From the NCBI GenBank assembly GCA_000320545.1, contig ADNK01001927.1, positions 1-64,000 on the forward strand: a DNA stretch of 64,000 bases, written 5' to 3'. Each line of letters starts with the position of its first letter. Position 1 is the stretch's first letter. Below are positions 32,166 through 46,096 of this stretch, piece after piece. The notes beneath the pieces were generated by a model. The model was not told where the DNA came from. It saw only the letters and a list, made by a program, of their open reading frames with translations, and did not search any database. Made by a program: the position numbers and the translations under genes. Source of the stretch: Bigelowiella natans CCMP2755 (lineage: Eukaryota; Protista; Cercozoa).

Positions 32166-32711
32166 CCCGATTTCGCCCCTTCAGGTATGAGATATCGACT
32201 ACCAGTGGCCAAATGGAGTAGATGGGGGATAATGTCCCATTGAGTATGGAGGAATGTCCTGGAAGAACAGCGATCCGGCAATGGGCAATGGCACCGGCAT
32301 CATTCCTACGATTATTATTATTATTAGAAGAAGAAGAGCTTAGAATGATTAACAAGCTACCACATCCACCATTCCTATGCATCATTACTACTTCATTGAT
32401 AACCTCCGCGACTGTTGTTTTGATTGTCACCATCATTATCACCACCATCATCATCATCATCATTGTTGTTGTTGTTGTTGTGGCTGCCACGCCAAACTAC
32501 TACGGCCTCACGCAAAGTACCGAAATGACACTTCGTTTTTCACCATTGCAAATGATGATATATCAAACAACGAATCGTTCAAATAGACGGTAGTTTGCTT
32601 GAAGCTCTTAACGCGGCGGCGATTAAGTGCAAATGTTCAGTTTCCCCTCCTCCTCCTCCTCCTCCTCCTCCTCCTCCTCCCTCACTAGCGATCATCGGGG
32701 GAATAACTGCA

Positions 32712-32744
<33 letters not shown>

Positions 32745-33056
32745 CTACTATTACCGGTATACGTCGCAGATATGTTAAGGGACGCAGAACTGCATTTGCA
32801 AGCGTAGAAACGCTGTTTGGGGTCTTCATAGCCAGGACAAAATCTTTTGAGTAATCCTTCCGACTCATGCGCAAACACCCTATCGATGAGGTTGTCGCAG
32901 TCGCAAGTAGCTGGGTTATCGAGTCCCGCTTGGATGCACGAGTTGTAGTCAGAGAACGCATACGAGCTGAATTCAGATGAAATCACAATCATGATGATGA
33001 TGACGACGATAGTGAGATGGTGGTGGTGGTGGTGGTGATGATGATGATAAGATATC

Positions 33057-33093
<37 letters not shown>

Positions 33094-33236
33094 GGTATCC
33101 GGCAGCAGATGGATGGCCTCATACATGAAAACATCAAATAAAGCGGCTCGATTTAGGCGTGGGAGGAGGGATTAATGGTCGTGTCGTAGGGGTGGCATTT
33201 TGTAGCAGCAGACACATCTACCACTGAGTTTTCAGT

Positions 33237-33308
<72 letters not shown>

Positions 33309-35755
33309 CGTGTGTAGAAATTGTATTTGATGTATAGTAATGATTGATGATGAGCCTATTAACTCCTTAATGCGTTGGTTTCCGCATCATTCTACTTAAG
33401 TAATACCCATTTGTGGTGTTTGTATTTTCAATGCGGACGTTTTGAATCTCCACGCAGTAGCGGACAAATGGAGAAACGCTCATCTGAGAGACGTGAAAGC
33501 AACGACCATCAGTTGCACAAAGGCAATGCTTACGCTTCAGAAGTGTATATTCTATAGTATTTATCTATTACAGAATGTACGCATGTGTGTCTAAAATACA
33601 TTGTAGAATTTGCAGGAATCTGGCTGACACACAGCCATAAATCCAGCCTCTCCTTCTGCATCAGCACTAGCATGATTCTCTAGGAAGTCTGGCAAGACAG
33701 AACCTGATCAGAATAGAGAAAAAGGAGGGCAAGGAGCATAGAGAGTAGATCGTACATCATTATTCCGTAACGTCAGTCGTGGGGTAGGTCTAGTCTCGAC
33801 GAAGTATACGACAACGATGCGTATCATGATGACACATCAAGGAGATATTCTATTATTATCACTACTATCACGAAGGAGGAACATCATCGGAATGTGAGAT
33901 TGATATGAGTCTTAACCCGTATGGACCCCCCCCCCCACCCCCCCAAAAGACAAGCACACAGAGACATATTCACTCCGTTTCTACAACGTTACCACAGCTA
34001 CATCTTCTAGTAACAAAGACAAAGAAAAATGATGAGGAGGATGAAGTGAAGTAGTAGTAGTTGCTGTTTCCGTCATTATTGATACAGTCTTTGTATCATC
34101 ATTATGTACTAAAATCGTCTCCTATCTCAACTCCTTAAACACTGCCATTAGCGGCATTACTATTACTATTACTACTACAACCACTACTACTACGACTACT
34201 ACCATTTTCAGCGACTCGTACGAGCTCCAGCATCGTCGTGTCTTCATTGGATTTGGTGTTGAACCATACCACGTCACTCCATTCGCTGCTACTCTCCTCT
34301 ACTGATCCGCTGACATCTTCATCACCGTGATTGCTACTACTTGCAGCAGCTGGAATAGCAGCCTGGATGCGAAATTCATATCTCGATGCAGGCTCAAGGT
34401 CTGTGAGGCGCATATGAAGACTGGAAGTGATCTCCACTTTCTCCTCTTCCTCCTTCTCCATTTGCTCCGTATGTTGATGATGATGACGACGACGACGATA
34501 AGCTACGAGATATTTCATGGGAGCATGCAGGTCAATGCTGTTCCCTTTGCTGCTTGAGTGAGAATGAACAAGGGGCTCATCCCAGCTGATGTGTATCGAG
34601 TTTCTCTAAAAAAAGGAAGGAAACAGAGATTGAAGATGACAACAAGAGACGATGAACTCACAAAAGGAAATTCTAGGAGGAGAGGAGAGTAAAAGACAAA
34701 TACTCGTTATTAGTATTGGAGATTTCAGTTTTCAATTAAGGAGCAAAAGCAGCAGCAGTTGTTGATTGATCAAATAGTAGAAGCACGCATGCTATATGAC
34801 GGCTAGAAGGATATTGTTTGCAGCAATTAATTGTGTTAAATCAAAGAAAGTCAACCGAGAGGCGATGATCAGGATGAAGCCTGACATTCCTTGGAGCTTT
34901 TGGATTTTGAGGCATTGTCGTGCATTGAATGGGACTCTTTGTCAATTCGCCCCAACCATATGAATCATACTTCATCGATGACGGATGCGCTAAATTTGTA
35001 AATGCACACACACACAAACACACACACACATATTATATTCCTCTCTCTGTGTGTGCGCGTGTGGGTATTGTGTGGGATGCAACGCCATGCTGAGATGTGA
35101 TACGGCTACAATCTTTTTTGATAGTGGAGGAAGTAAGTAATTGTGAAAACACTGCTACCTCGAATGTCAACTTTATACATGGTTCCAGGCTGAAGATCGT
35201 AGATTTCGATTGGTGATGAGGGGCTGATAAGAAGGAGGAGGAGAAGAAGCAAAAAGTGATGGAAAAATGATGGGGAAGAATGCGTGTGTAATTAACGTGT
35301 AATAAATGTGTAATACCAGTATACGAAATCTAACACTCATAGATCTTCCTTATCCAACTAGAAATATCTACTGAAACTTGTGGTATTTCCACATTACTTT
35401 ACAATTACCCTGTGAAGGACATTATTGGACGATCTTCTCCAGCTGGTGTCAATTCCACGTCATAGCTGCCACAACATCGATGCATGATTATTGCAATTCG
35501 ACGAAAATTGATTTTAGATCTTTCACGAATAATATGTCAGTCAAGTTTAAATAACCTATCGACTCCCTTCAATGGTGTGAAACTGATTGAGGCAGAGATG
35601 CTAGTCACGTTTTCGCATCGAACTTTTTGACTATCCATCGCCCATCTTGTCGTCCCTGCAGTTGATAAAGCGGCATTCAAGAAAATGATGCCCGCGAGGA
35701 CATTCTTTGACAAAAGTAGTTGCCGTCGGTGGGGAAGGCTTGTCGACCCCATCAT
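31474..35755 (-). CDS. Secreted fibronectin type III domain protein with Cys-rich C-terminal region
   Basis: Hydrophobic N-terminus, then IYDLQPGTMYKVDIR and LTDLEPASRYEFRIQA...SEWSDVVWFNT (FN3). Cys-rich exons follow, ending ...TTQRCCGC*. Confidence 0.7.
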
Positions 35756-36015
35756 GAACGGGTTGTGCAAATTGTTAAGCGACAACAACTATTTCTGTTT
35801 TAGCCTATATTTTGTATCCTACGACTACATATTATGGTTGTCGCAACTAGGAAAAAATAACATACATTATTGCGAATATTTTACTTATTACGACTGGCTC
35901 AATATGTTGTCGCAGATAAATTATCCTCTGTGATGTAGCGTGTATGAGCATCAAGCGAACAACAACGACAACGTACGACAACGCCACCCCTTCCACTCTC
36001 TGGCGCTTGCACACA

Positions 36016-37338
36016 ATGAAGCCTTCTACCCTCCAAATCCTTGTCCTTACACTCACCCACTTCGTAGCCCCAATTTATGTTCATCGCACCACCGCGTGCT
36101 CCAGTCGAAATGATAGGCCTGTGGTTGGAGTTCTCACGGTGCCGTTGAGAGGCTCTCGGTGATCTTCTGCCTCTAATCGTCTGACCAAGCATGCTTACAA
36201 TCCTTATTGCCGCCACGTACATGTATGCAATAAGTTCAAAAATATGCTCACCAATTTAATGTCCAGTTGTGCGACATATCTGGGAATGGGGGACGCAGAC
36301 TCATCTGCCGGCAGCTGCTTCGACTCGGTTTACGTCAAATGGCTTGAGGCTGCAGGTAGCGTGATTCGTCAATACTGATGTGCTGCTTTTGAGAGATAGC
36401 CCCACGGAAGATCCTAAGAGTATCGATTTTCTTAGGAGCCCGAGTCATGCCAATACTATACGATTGGCCCCCAGAGAAACTTGAACATGCCTTCAAAAGT
36501 GTCAATGCTATTCTCTTCACGGGTGGCGGAGAGGTATGACCGACCAGACTCTGAGTGATGATAAAGCGATCGTTGAAGAAAATGTGTGTGCTTCCTCCTC
36601 AGCCGCTTACGAACATGTCCTCCCAGTTTATGCAAACCTCGATGAAGCTGTGAGTTTGTAGGTTTCAATCGTAGTGTTTTTTCCTTTTTTTTTTAGTGTA
36701 TGCAGCCTGTTTTTGGTCATTGGTTACCTTCCTTTCCCTCTGTAGTTGATGTAATTATGGCTTCTCAGGTTTAATCTTACAATCGAAGCTAACAAGAAAC
36801 AGGACTATTTCCCGTTGTGGTTAGATACTCCCTTTTCCACTATGATGGCCTTTTATGGAGATGGTGATGTTGGTGGTGATGATGATGATGATGACTGTGA
36901 CTGTGCTTGCACAAATGTCCAAATAGATTAATATTCAAAAACTTTGATCCACCCATACTTTCCTGTATCTGAATTTTCCAGAAGTCTCCCATCTATTGTT
37001 TGTTTACGTCATCGGTATCCTCATCATCGATCGTCACCATAGTATCACCCTTTTTGCAGGGGCACTTGCATGGGCTTTCAGACTTTAAATATTCTAGCTG
37101 CAGGTGTTGCTGTTTTGGAAACGTTTTGTTGTTATTGTTGTTGGTGGTGGTGGTGCTTTTCCACAAAATCGATTGCTTACCTTTCGGTTAAAATTCCAAA
37201 ATTTGCCTGAAGTACAAGTTGGGATATAGTAAGGCCTCTCTTGGCCAGAAATTTGCCCGGAAACTCTCCGTCGACACAACATAACATCGATGGAGTAAAA
37301 AGAAGAGCCCATCGGCGTTTTATTTGTCCTGTTAAGAT

Positions 37339-37376
<38 letters not shown>

Positions 37377-38180
37377 CCCTGGCGTCGTCCGTGTTGTGAT
37401 AGCCAATATTATTGCCACATCTTGCAAATTTTGTCAAGTTGATAACGGCGAAGAAGGAAGTGATGATTAAGAACTTGTATGCAGGAGATCCATCTGTCCT
37501 CACGCTCAATTCTTTCGATAGCGAGGACCTCTCTCTCAATGTACAGCAGCATACTCATAGATCTAACACACCTGAACACAGCACGCCTTTTTGTGATAGA
37601 TGATGATGATGATGATTTTGAAAACGGACTATTTTCTAGCAAATTGAATGTACCGTATTGTAGCTGAGAGATCCAAGTTGTATGGATTAGAGTATGATGG
37701 TGATTATTTATATTCTGTCGATATAAGGAGTTAGCCTTCTTGATTTATTGTTTGTTTATCCCCCCCCCTCCCCCCCCTCTCTCCCTCTCTCTTACACACA
37801 CATACACACACAAACACACACACACACACACACACGCACATTCTGGCATTCCGAAACACTTTGCTTACGTCCTTCTACTGCTTGTATTTTCTATTACCAG
37901 TTGGAGAGGAGCCCGGGTTGGGATGAAAGTCGTATGATATCAGGACTTCGTAGGTTAGCAGTCTTGATGATGATATATTTGCACCCTAGGGATAATTATT
38001 AATCATCAGAAGTAAATTGGTATTCATTATCGGTATACCTTTTTGTGGTGGCAAACTTACTTTTGCAGCATCTTTCCATTATATACCACATATTTTTGCT
38101 TATTTTTTATTTCTTGCGAATTGGTAATCAACTACTGTCGTGATCGTTTTTCATTGCACCAGAATTCTTCCCCCTCCCCC

Positions 38181-38243
<63 letters not shown>

Positions 38244-38534
38244 AATAACATAAATATAGTGAAGTGAGGGAATGGCTGCTTGGGGAGAACATCACGACAA
38301 ACTTTCACCATGATGGGGTATACAGTTGCATACAAAGGCTGCTTTAGTTGTCGCAGGAGCAGTTTATCTAATGATGATGATGAAGTTGGGGAAGGGGAAC
38401 AAGGAGGGGAGGCTTGCAGTAAGAAAATAGATGATAGAAAACCGGGATACTGGGTCAAGTATTCTTGGACGCCAAAGTCCTTGTTTGATAGCACCAATAA
38501 ACGCTACTTTGTATGACCTATTTCTTCTTCTTCT

Positions 38535-38569
<35 letters not shown>

Positions 38570-38719
38570 TTCTTTATCTCATCTCCATTAGGTCGAGCCC
38601 AAGGCATATACTACTTCGGAGCGCCTTAGCCACTTTTTCCGAGTAATCTCAGAGAACACAGACCGCAAAGGCACACGTTTTGTATCGACTATTGAGGCCT
38701 TCGATTTTCCGGTTACCCA

Positions 38720-38769
<50 letters not shown>

Positions 38770-38877
38770 AGCTTTGAAGTATTGCTCACGCGCAAGCATG
38801 TACGCATAGAGACACACAAACCAACACATTGTATATACTCAGAAATTTGAGCGAAGATTTACATGTTTTCATCGTTT

Positions 38878-38909
<32 letters not shown>

Positions 38910-39307
38910 ACCGTCCTATGTAATCTTGATTTTCCTTTGCTGGTAATAATATATGGTTTTCATCTTTAACATAATATTCGTAGATATATGGCGTCCAGTG
39001 GCACCCAGAGCGTAATCAGTTTGAGTTTTGGGATAAGAATGACCCCATCTCTCACACCCCACACGCCATCAAGGTAGCAGCAGACTACTGGTAGGAGCAG
39101 ATTTGCGCGAATGTGCAGATTCTTAATATTAGTCTCTTCCCGCTCAAACCCGAGGAGGCACTAATGTTTATCTTTTGCCACCGCATCAGGCCATGCAAGC
39201 CCTCGCTGACTTCTTGGTGTCGGAGGCGAGGGAGAATTGTCACGATCCAAGTGCCGCAAAGATGATCCCATTGATCAACAACTACTACCCAAGTAGCGGG
39301 AAATATG

Positions 39308-39375
<68 letters not shown>

Positions 39376-39597
39376 CCTTTGTGAAAAGTAGAGGGGAAGA
39401 GTGAGCGATTAGGAAAGAGTGAAGGAGGGCAATATTATGCTAATTTTAGCCGTAAGATGATGTTTTGTCACTGTGAGAATTCATCATTTTGTGCGTCTAA
39501 GATGCTCATAGCTACCTAATTATCGTAATCACTAGGGCCGTTGTCGAGCCCCTTCCAATCTTACCTTTTCCCGCCCGCTAGCACTACCGGAAACTAA
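36016..39597 (+). CDS. GGH: Gamma-glutamyl hydrolase (peptidase C26)
   Basis: NDRPVVGVL, YVKWLEAAGARVMPI, NAILFTGG, DYFPLWGTCMGFQ (catalytic Cys), NFHHDG, FVSTIEA..PIYGVQWHPE. Confidence 0.93.
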
Positions 39598-40659
39598 GGC
39601 CACCGGGGTCACGATTTACTCTGCACGAGTCTTCAATCATTTGCAAATATAGTTTTGCCCCATGTATCCAACGATACGCGGAAGTTTAAAAAAAAATCTA
39701 AAAAGATGGTGCTACTCTTTCAAGTGTGGAGTTGGTGAGAACAATTTGGTCATCATAAGCACAATGTAGTGACGATGCCGCTCAATGTTTTAGATGACTG
39801 TCTTGATGTGTTCCGGCTATATTGCCTCAGCTGCTCAGTGATACATATCTAGATATGTTGTAGTAGATCTTCCGCTTGCGCTGCTAAGCTAGCTAAGTGC
39901 TCGACCTTGATGTGCTACATCTAGCTAGCTGTAGCTAGCTATCGCTAGTATCGAGTCACGCTAGAATAACGTATGAGTATATCTGTTGCTTTGCTAGTCT
40001 AGTAGTATGTGCGAACGCCATTCTAGCATTAGTAGACTACAGCACATCGTTATTACACCACACCTTGCTACCTTGCGTCCGTCACTAAAAGCTGTCTCCG
40101 TGACAGCGCACACAGGACTATGGTATTGCAGAAAATTGTGCAATATTACCATAATGCATATATATAGCGCTAGAAGAGCGCATTTCAGGCTAACAATATT
40201 AGTAGGCACTTGCCTATCTAGCTATGTCACTTATAATATACACTTCTACTTAGCAGTTGCACCTGCAAAAGGTCTAGATTTCTGCGACATACTAGTGTGA
40301 TTTGCTATATATGTAATGAAGAAAACATCTAATTTGCACTACATCTTAGTTGCCCCATGCAAAGCTATGGACGCTCATTATTTTCATATTTTTCCCTGAT
40401 AGGATCGATCGTTTTTTAGTAAAATTTACAGTGTATGCCCGATGAACCTTCTGGATTTTTTGTACTTCCCATTTTGGCAGTCTTCTACATATTAATACAC
40501 GATTGAAAACTATCGCACGATTATTACTGCACTTTCGAGAGCTACGCTTTAATTTTCACATCTTCAGAAAAGACCCCCATCATGCATACATGCATGTACG
40601 TGCACATCCATGGATAATCTTCCCTGGCTGGTTACATTTTCCTAGGTATGAGCTTTCTT

Positions 40660-42915
40660 TCACAGAAAAGGCAATCCCGACCCAGGTTTCTTGTTGTTCC
40701 CTACCCCTTGCATGCTAGTAGAAGACTGCTTTCCAAAAGCGTTTGCCAAAGAAGCAGCATATCCTCCAGGGAGATCATTTCTGGTATTGCGCATATTCTT
40801 TGGATCTACCATGCCACTATTTGCTTTATTTCTACTCCTGTTTAGAGAGCCTGAACCAGACTTCATTGAGTTCATTTTTGTGGAAGTGGAACTGTTATGG
40901 CTAGACTTGCTTGAAAATTTGGAGTTTGGTGGAGGCTTGGGGCCATGAGATGTGGTTTCTTTTTCGAACAGATATTTAGGAAGAGGAGAAAAGGTGATTG
41001 TGAAATGCGTCATCAAATCTTGGTTGTTGAAACTAAATTGGAAGGTTTCAAGACAGCAAATCTCCTCTTTCCACTTTCGCATACACGTTATGAATGTGTT
41101 GAATCTTCTCCGCTTATTCAGAAGCATGGACATCTCTAGTGAAAGTTGTTTCTTCCAATCTTTTGGGTGGATGAGACGATAGTAGAACGGCTTGTCTGAC
41201 ATTTGAACTACGTCCGCCTGGCTATATCCAAATATGTTTTCAAACTCCTCGTTTACCCGAACAAAGAGCAGAAAGGTACGCGGGTTTGTAGAACGATAAA
41301 ATGACACCTTCATCGTAGCCATTGGAAAGTTAAGATCGCGAGTTATAGCTACGCTCGGTTTTTTCCTACACCATCTGAATCGAAATACAGGTGCAATTGC
41401 TTTCACCTGTTTGACTGTCTTCGCTACAGATGTTTCAAATTTCCTTAACGGACACGTGTCAAGATTGGGAATAATAACACCCAATTTTGCTAACCGCTTT
41501 TGTAAATTTGTGAATTGCTCTGGTTCAAGGTAGTAAGACATGTATGTGAGGTACATGCAAAACAAGGGTGAAAGAACTTGGCACCCAGGTGGCAAGTCCA
41601 TGACTGTTCGTGAATTAGCTCCAGCGTACAATGCTGCTAGTTCTGAACTAAGAACCTCGGGATGTTTGATGAAGAACGACGACATATCGTCGATTACTTC
41701 CTCCCACAGATATCGATCAACAGATTCCACTACATTCGAGAAATCGTTCGCTGACCGAGTAGCTTGTCGTTTCGAGGCAGATTCTTGTCCACTTCGCCCC
41801 ATCGTTTCAAATTTCTGTCCCTTGGCATCGTTGCTACCCTTACCCGAGGACGTCCTGAAGGATGATGATGAATTCCCTCCTAATGCTTTGAAACCGAGGC
41901 TACTGCTCCCTGTTGTGCCTCCGCTCCTGTTATTCTGCAACGAGGCATTTGTTTTGCTGTCTTGCTTGGTAGAGTTCGCCCTTGAGGCTGTAGGTGAAGA
42001 ATACATCATAGATTTGGACAGATTGCCGGTTTGGTTCGAACTTACGGAAGAAGCTCCTGCCGCTGCTGCTTGCATAGCCTCTTTTTTTACAGTAGCTTTC
42101 CGTTTGGCTTTCGGCTCTGCCGCGGTTGAATCAGAGCTGGAACGTTTTTTCGGAGGCCTGCCTTTCTTTTTATGTGGTCTGTCTTTGCATAAATGTGCCT
42201 TGCCAAGACGAGAACATCGTGCACAAGGACGATTGGAGTCACATGTGGATTTTGCCTTGTGACATACGACACAAGCTACTGGAGTTCGATTGAAACGCTT
42301 TATTTGCCCTCCGTAGAGGTTAGCAGGATGGAAGGTATTTAGCATGCGCATAGCTTGTGCCATATTTCCTGTAGTTGAGTTGTTTCCTTTTATTCCATTC
42401 ACTTGAGGAACTTGAAAGTTTATCGTTGGGAGAGCCGAGGGTAATGTACCCAGCCCGTTGATGGAGGCAGCGCCAGTTGCATTAGGCCAGCCGAGAAGTC
42501 CATTTGACTGATAAAGGACGAACGATGATGGGTTATTACTTTCGGCTTTTGCCGTTGTTCCGCCAGAGTTTTTCACTGAAGATTGTGCTGGTTGGGTTGC
42601 ACTTTTTGCCGGCTGGCCAGTAGCGCTGCTTGAGGCTGCAACCTTGGTTCCTAGTTTCCCATCTTTTTGAGGTATGGCTGTCCTAGATTTCGCTGCTGCT
42701 GCAGTTGAAGCAGCTGAAGATCCCCAATTGTTCGATACTCTGAGAAGAAGCGACTGTCATGGCACTCACAACAATTTTTTATGAAGATCAAAGGAACTAA
42801 CTACATCATAGGAAACTTACTTTGCTGAACTCCACGCCCCGATGTTCTTTACATTTTGAGGTGATGGGATGCCATGAAGCTGACTTGAACCCCCATTTAT
42901 TTTAGTTTTTGACAT
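40660..42915 (-). CDS. Zn(II)2Cys6 transcription factor with a C-terminal PAS-like domain
   Basis: ACVVCHKAKSTCDSNRPCARCSRLGKAHLC followed by KKKGRPPKK. PAS-like VNEEFENIFGYSQADV...LIHPKD. First exon MSKTKINGG..SSAK with an intron at ~42820-42742. Confidence 0.88.
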
Positions 42916-44123
42916 TAAACCAATACAAGGTGCTTCCGGCGCAACCCCTGAACTGTGTCACACATATTCGCGTATCATCAGCATCTCTTCATTAATTGTT
43001 CGGCAGGTCGCATGACCACGAACACTGTAAATTCAATCAGTTATTTTTCACATTCAAATCTGAAACAAATCCTTCAAAATATTTGTTATAACACCTTTGC
43101 CGGCTCACAGTTTGGCTATCGGAAAGGAGGGGGGAGGAAGAGTCCCCTATGCGATTTCAGAGGCAAATGATTCTGACATAGTCCGCATCCTAAATAAAGG
43201 AACGAAGTTAAATTAATGCCTACGACAACAACATATATCGCATATCCTGTAAATTCTACGGTATTTATAATCTGCAGTATTCTTCCACGATTGTAGTTGA
43301 GATATTGTGTGCACTTCTTAAACACTTAAATCACCAGAATAGGTCGTAATTTTCGCGAAGAACAAAATATTCCTGAGTCGCTTAGATGTTTTAGCAAAGT
43401 ATAGTTTTTCCGAAAATATTTTTTTATTCTTGAGTACCCTGCACCCATTCTTTTACATCCTAAGACATACGCTACCTATCATAGAAAAAGTGCTCCAATT
43501 TTAGGCAAAAGAGAGTTTTTATTTGCGTGAGTATACCAAATTGGCCACCGTTTGTGTCGGGATACCAAATTAAGAAGAGCTCTGTGCAGCAACCATAACA
43601 CGAGCCGAGTTCAGTTCAAGGTTATCTGAAATGTCTCCTGTGAGTTTCAATTTCTAATTCGATAGTCTGTGTACTTCTTGAAGAATATCCAGAATTTGTT
43701 GACGCTGTGTATTATTTGGTGTAAATGGAAAAGTATATTTTCATCGGATCAGCTTAATTCTATATTTCAAGCATGCGATTTTTGAACTTTTCAGATCTTT
43801 AGCCGAGAAGTCATAAAGAAAGCAAATTTGTACAAGAATTTCTAGAAGACACTACGATCTACTAATTAGTGTTGCTCTTCATGTCAATATGATGATGAAA
43901 ACTAAACTTAATTTTTCTGAGGAATACATCGTGATCTTAATTTTTAAGGCACCAAAGCAATTAAATCCCCATTGATATTAGCAAAGACAACAAAAGCCAC
44001 AGTGTAAAATTGAAGACAGCTTGGAATTGGAGGGAACTTACAACTGTTTTATGTAATGAGAGACAAATTGCAGGAAGTGAATCTAAGAGACTAGAATAAT
44101 GCTGATACGACAGGAGAAAATCT

Positions 44124-45491
44124 ATGGAAAACGAAAGAAAAGGCTGATTACACATAAAACGATGAAGGAGGGGTACCCGCGAAGCGGAAAGTTTAAAGGG
44201 AGACGATATTAACGGTAGAAATCCATCGGAATGCTTTTTTGTCCTCGTACATCAACATGAAGTTTCAAATTCGATTTTTGTAGTTGCGACATGATTACTT
44301 CGTTGTCGCTAACCTAAGTTTCGTCATGGAGTATGTGCTCCTGAAATAATGGGGCATCGTGTCAACTCCACTGGTATACTCCTCTCTCTAGTCGCCCTCT
44401 TCCTCTCTCCCACGTATGTAGACGCCAACGGAAGATATTCTCAAAAATCATCGGTAAGTATTCCATCCCTTAAGGGGTTCAAAAAAACTTATATCAATTT
44501 CCTTTTCAGTTAAGAAGAGGGCATCTGGGGGCAAGCTTCAGATCGCTATACAGCAGACCTTTTCGTAACTTTCCACAACTACAGCGAAATTTAGTGGCAA
44601 TTCAAGCAGAGAAAGGGACCGTTGATAATGCTCAGGAAGTAAGATACAACGTCCAAAGATATTTTGAGTCCAAACGGGTTTTTGAATATATGAATGCATT
44701 AGGCTGTTAAAGAGGGCTTGCGACTCTTGACGGTTCTTCTTTGTATGTTCTTTGCTTGATTAGAACGAATAAAACTTTCATTTATTAGGATGAAAATTTT
44801 GAAAAAGCATTGAAGGTATTTGAAAGGGGCCTAGGACTTCCAAGTACAACGCATTTCGCCCATGAAAACTCCAGCTCTTCCACTAAAAATTTTTTTCGAA
44901 GGTGGTCAGCTTGAGAGAAAGTACCCCATGCCTTTACCTAACAAGGGGGGCGGGTCCTACCAAAATGCTAAAATTTCGAATAAAGAAATAAGGTACTACT
45001 TATACGCCATCTCTTAAGTGTTACAAAAACATCACTGCTTTTTAATATTTGCAGGGCCCTTCTCTACAATATTGCTTGCTGCCACTCTAGAATGGGACAG
45101 TAATATCATCCATAGAATATGTGGCGACATTGAATTCACAGTTCGTATGTTGATATACGTTTCAGGCAAGAACTTGCCCTCGGAGCTTTGCAACAGTGCG
45201 TCGATGCAGGGTTGCAACTTAATAATATTGACATATTTCGAGATGATCTCGAGTAGCTTTTGGGTTCAAACTTGATTCTATTAGGTTCAAAGACGCAGAT
45301 ACAATTCAAAGAGATCCAGATCTTTCATCCCTCAAAAGTTCACCAAAGTTTGCTCAAATTCTTGAAAGTATGCGATTTTTTCGTTCTATGATTCAACTGA
45401 ATTTTTACGAGCATAAGCTGACGTTTCTCTTGTAGGAACGAAGGCTAAAAATCCCTTGGATTGGATTCTTTCGGGATTTAATCCAGAATAA
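44124..45491 (+). CDS. TPR protein resembling thylakoid LPA1/MET1-type TPR regions, probably plastid-targeted
   Basis: Spliced: AQEAVKEGLRLLT|DENFEKALKVFERGLGLP...ALLYNIACCHSRMG|QELALGALQQCVDAG|FKDADTIQRDPDLSSLK. 5' end uncertain. Confidence 0.7.
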
Positions 45492-45661
45492 TTCTACATG
45501 TGTGACGAGAATAGTCATTATATAATTAATGCAATATGCAACCATTAAAGTTTAAGCATTAAGCACAATGGAATTAAGGATTATCTAGTTAACTATTGTA
45601 TCACACAGTATGGCATACACGCTCACTGGTGCACAATATATACAGCGCGCGCGCACACGCA

Positions 45662-45735
<74 letters not shown>

Positions 45736-46096
45736 CATATCTACATATGCGAACTGTATCCAAACATATAAACACAATCATCGACAATATCTCTCTGCGA
45801 TAATGAGGCCTGTCAATGCGCATGCGATCGCACATGCTCTAGATGCTATAGCACGCTATACACATGCGCGCGTCATGATTTCATCGATTGTTATCAGTCA
45901 TTTTTACTACAGTGTAGTCAGCAGCCCACTAGCATTGGCCACGCAAAATGCCATGTACATATTGCTTAGACTGTGCGCCGACCGTACCTTAGTTTTCAAT
46001 CCGCCAAAGTTGAGCTCTTAAGCTCTCATGCACATTTTTAACATCGTTCAGAAGCAGTAAGCCAGGCATTGTAATACAAACTCATCTTCTCATTCT

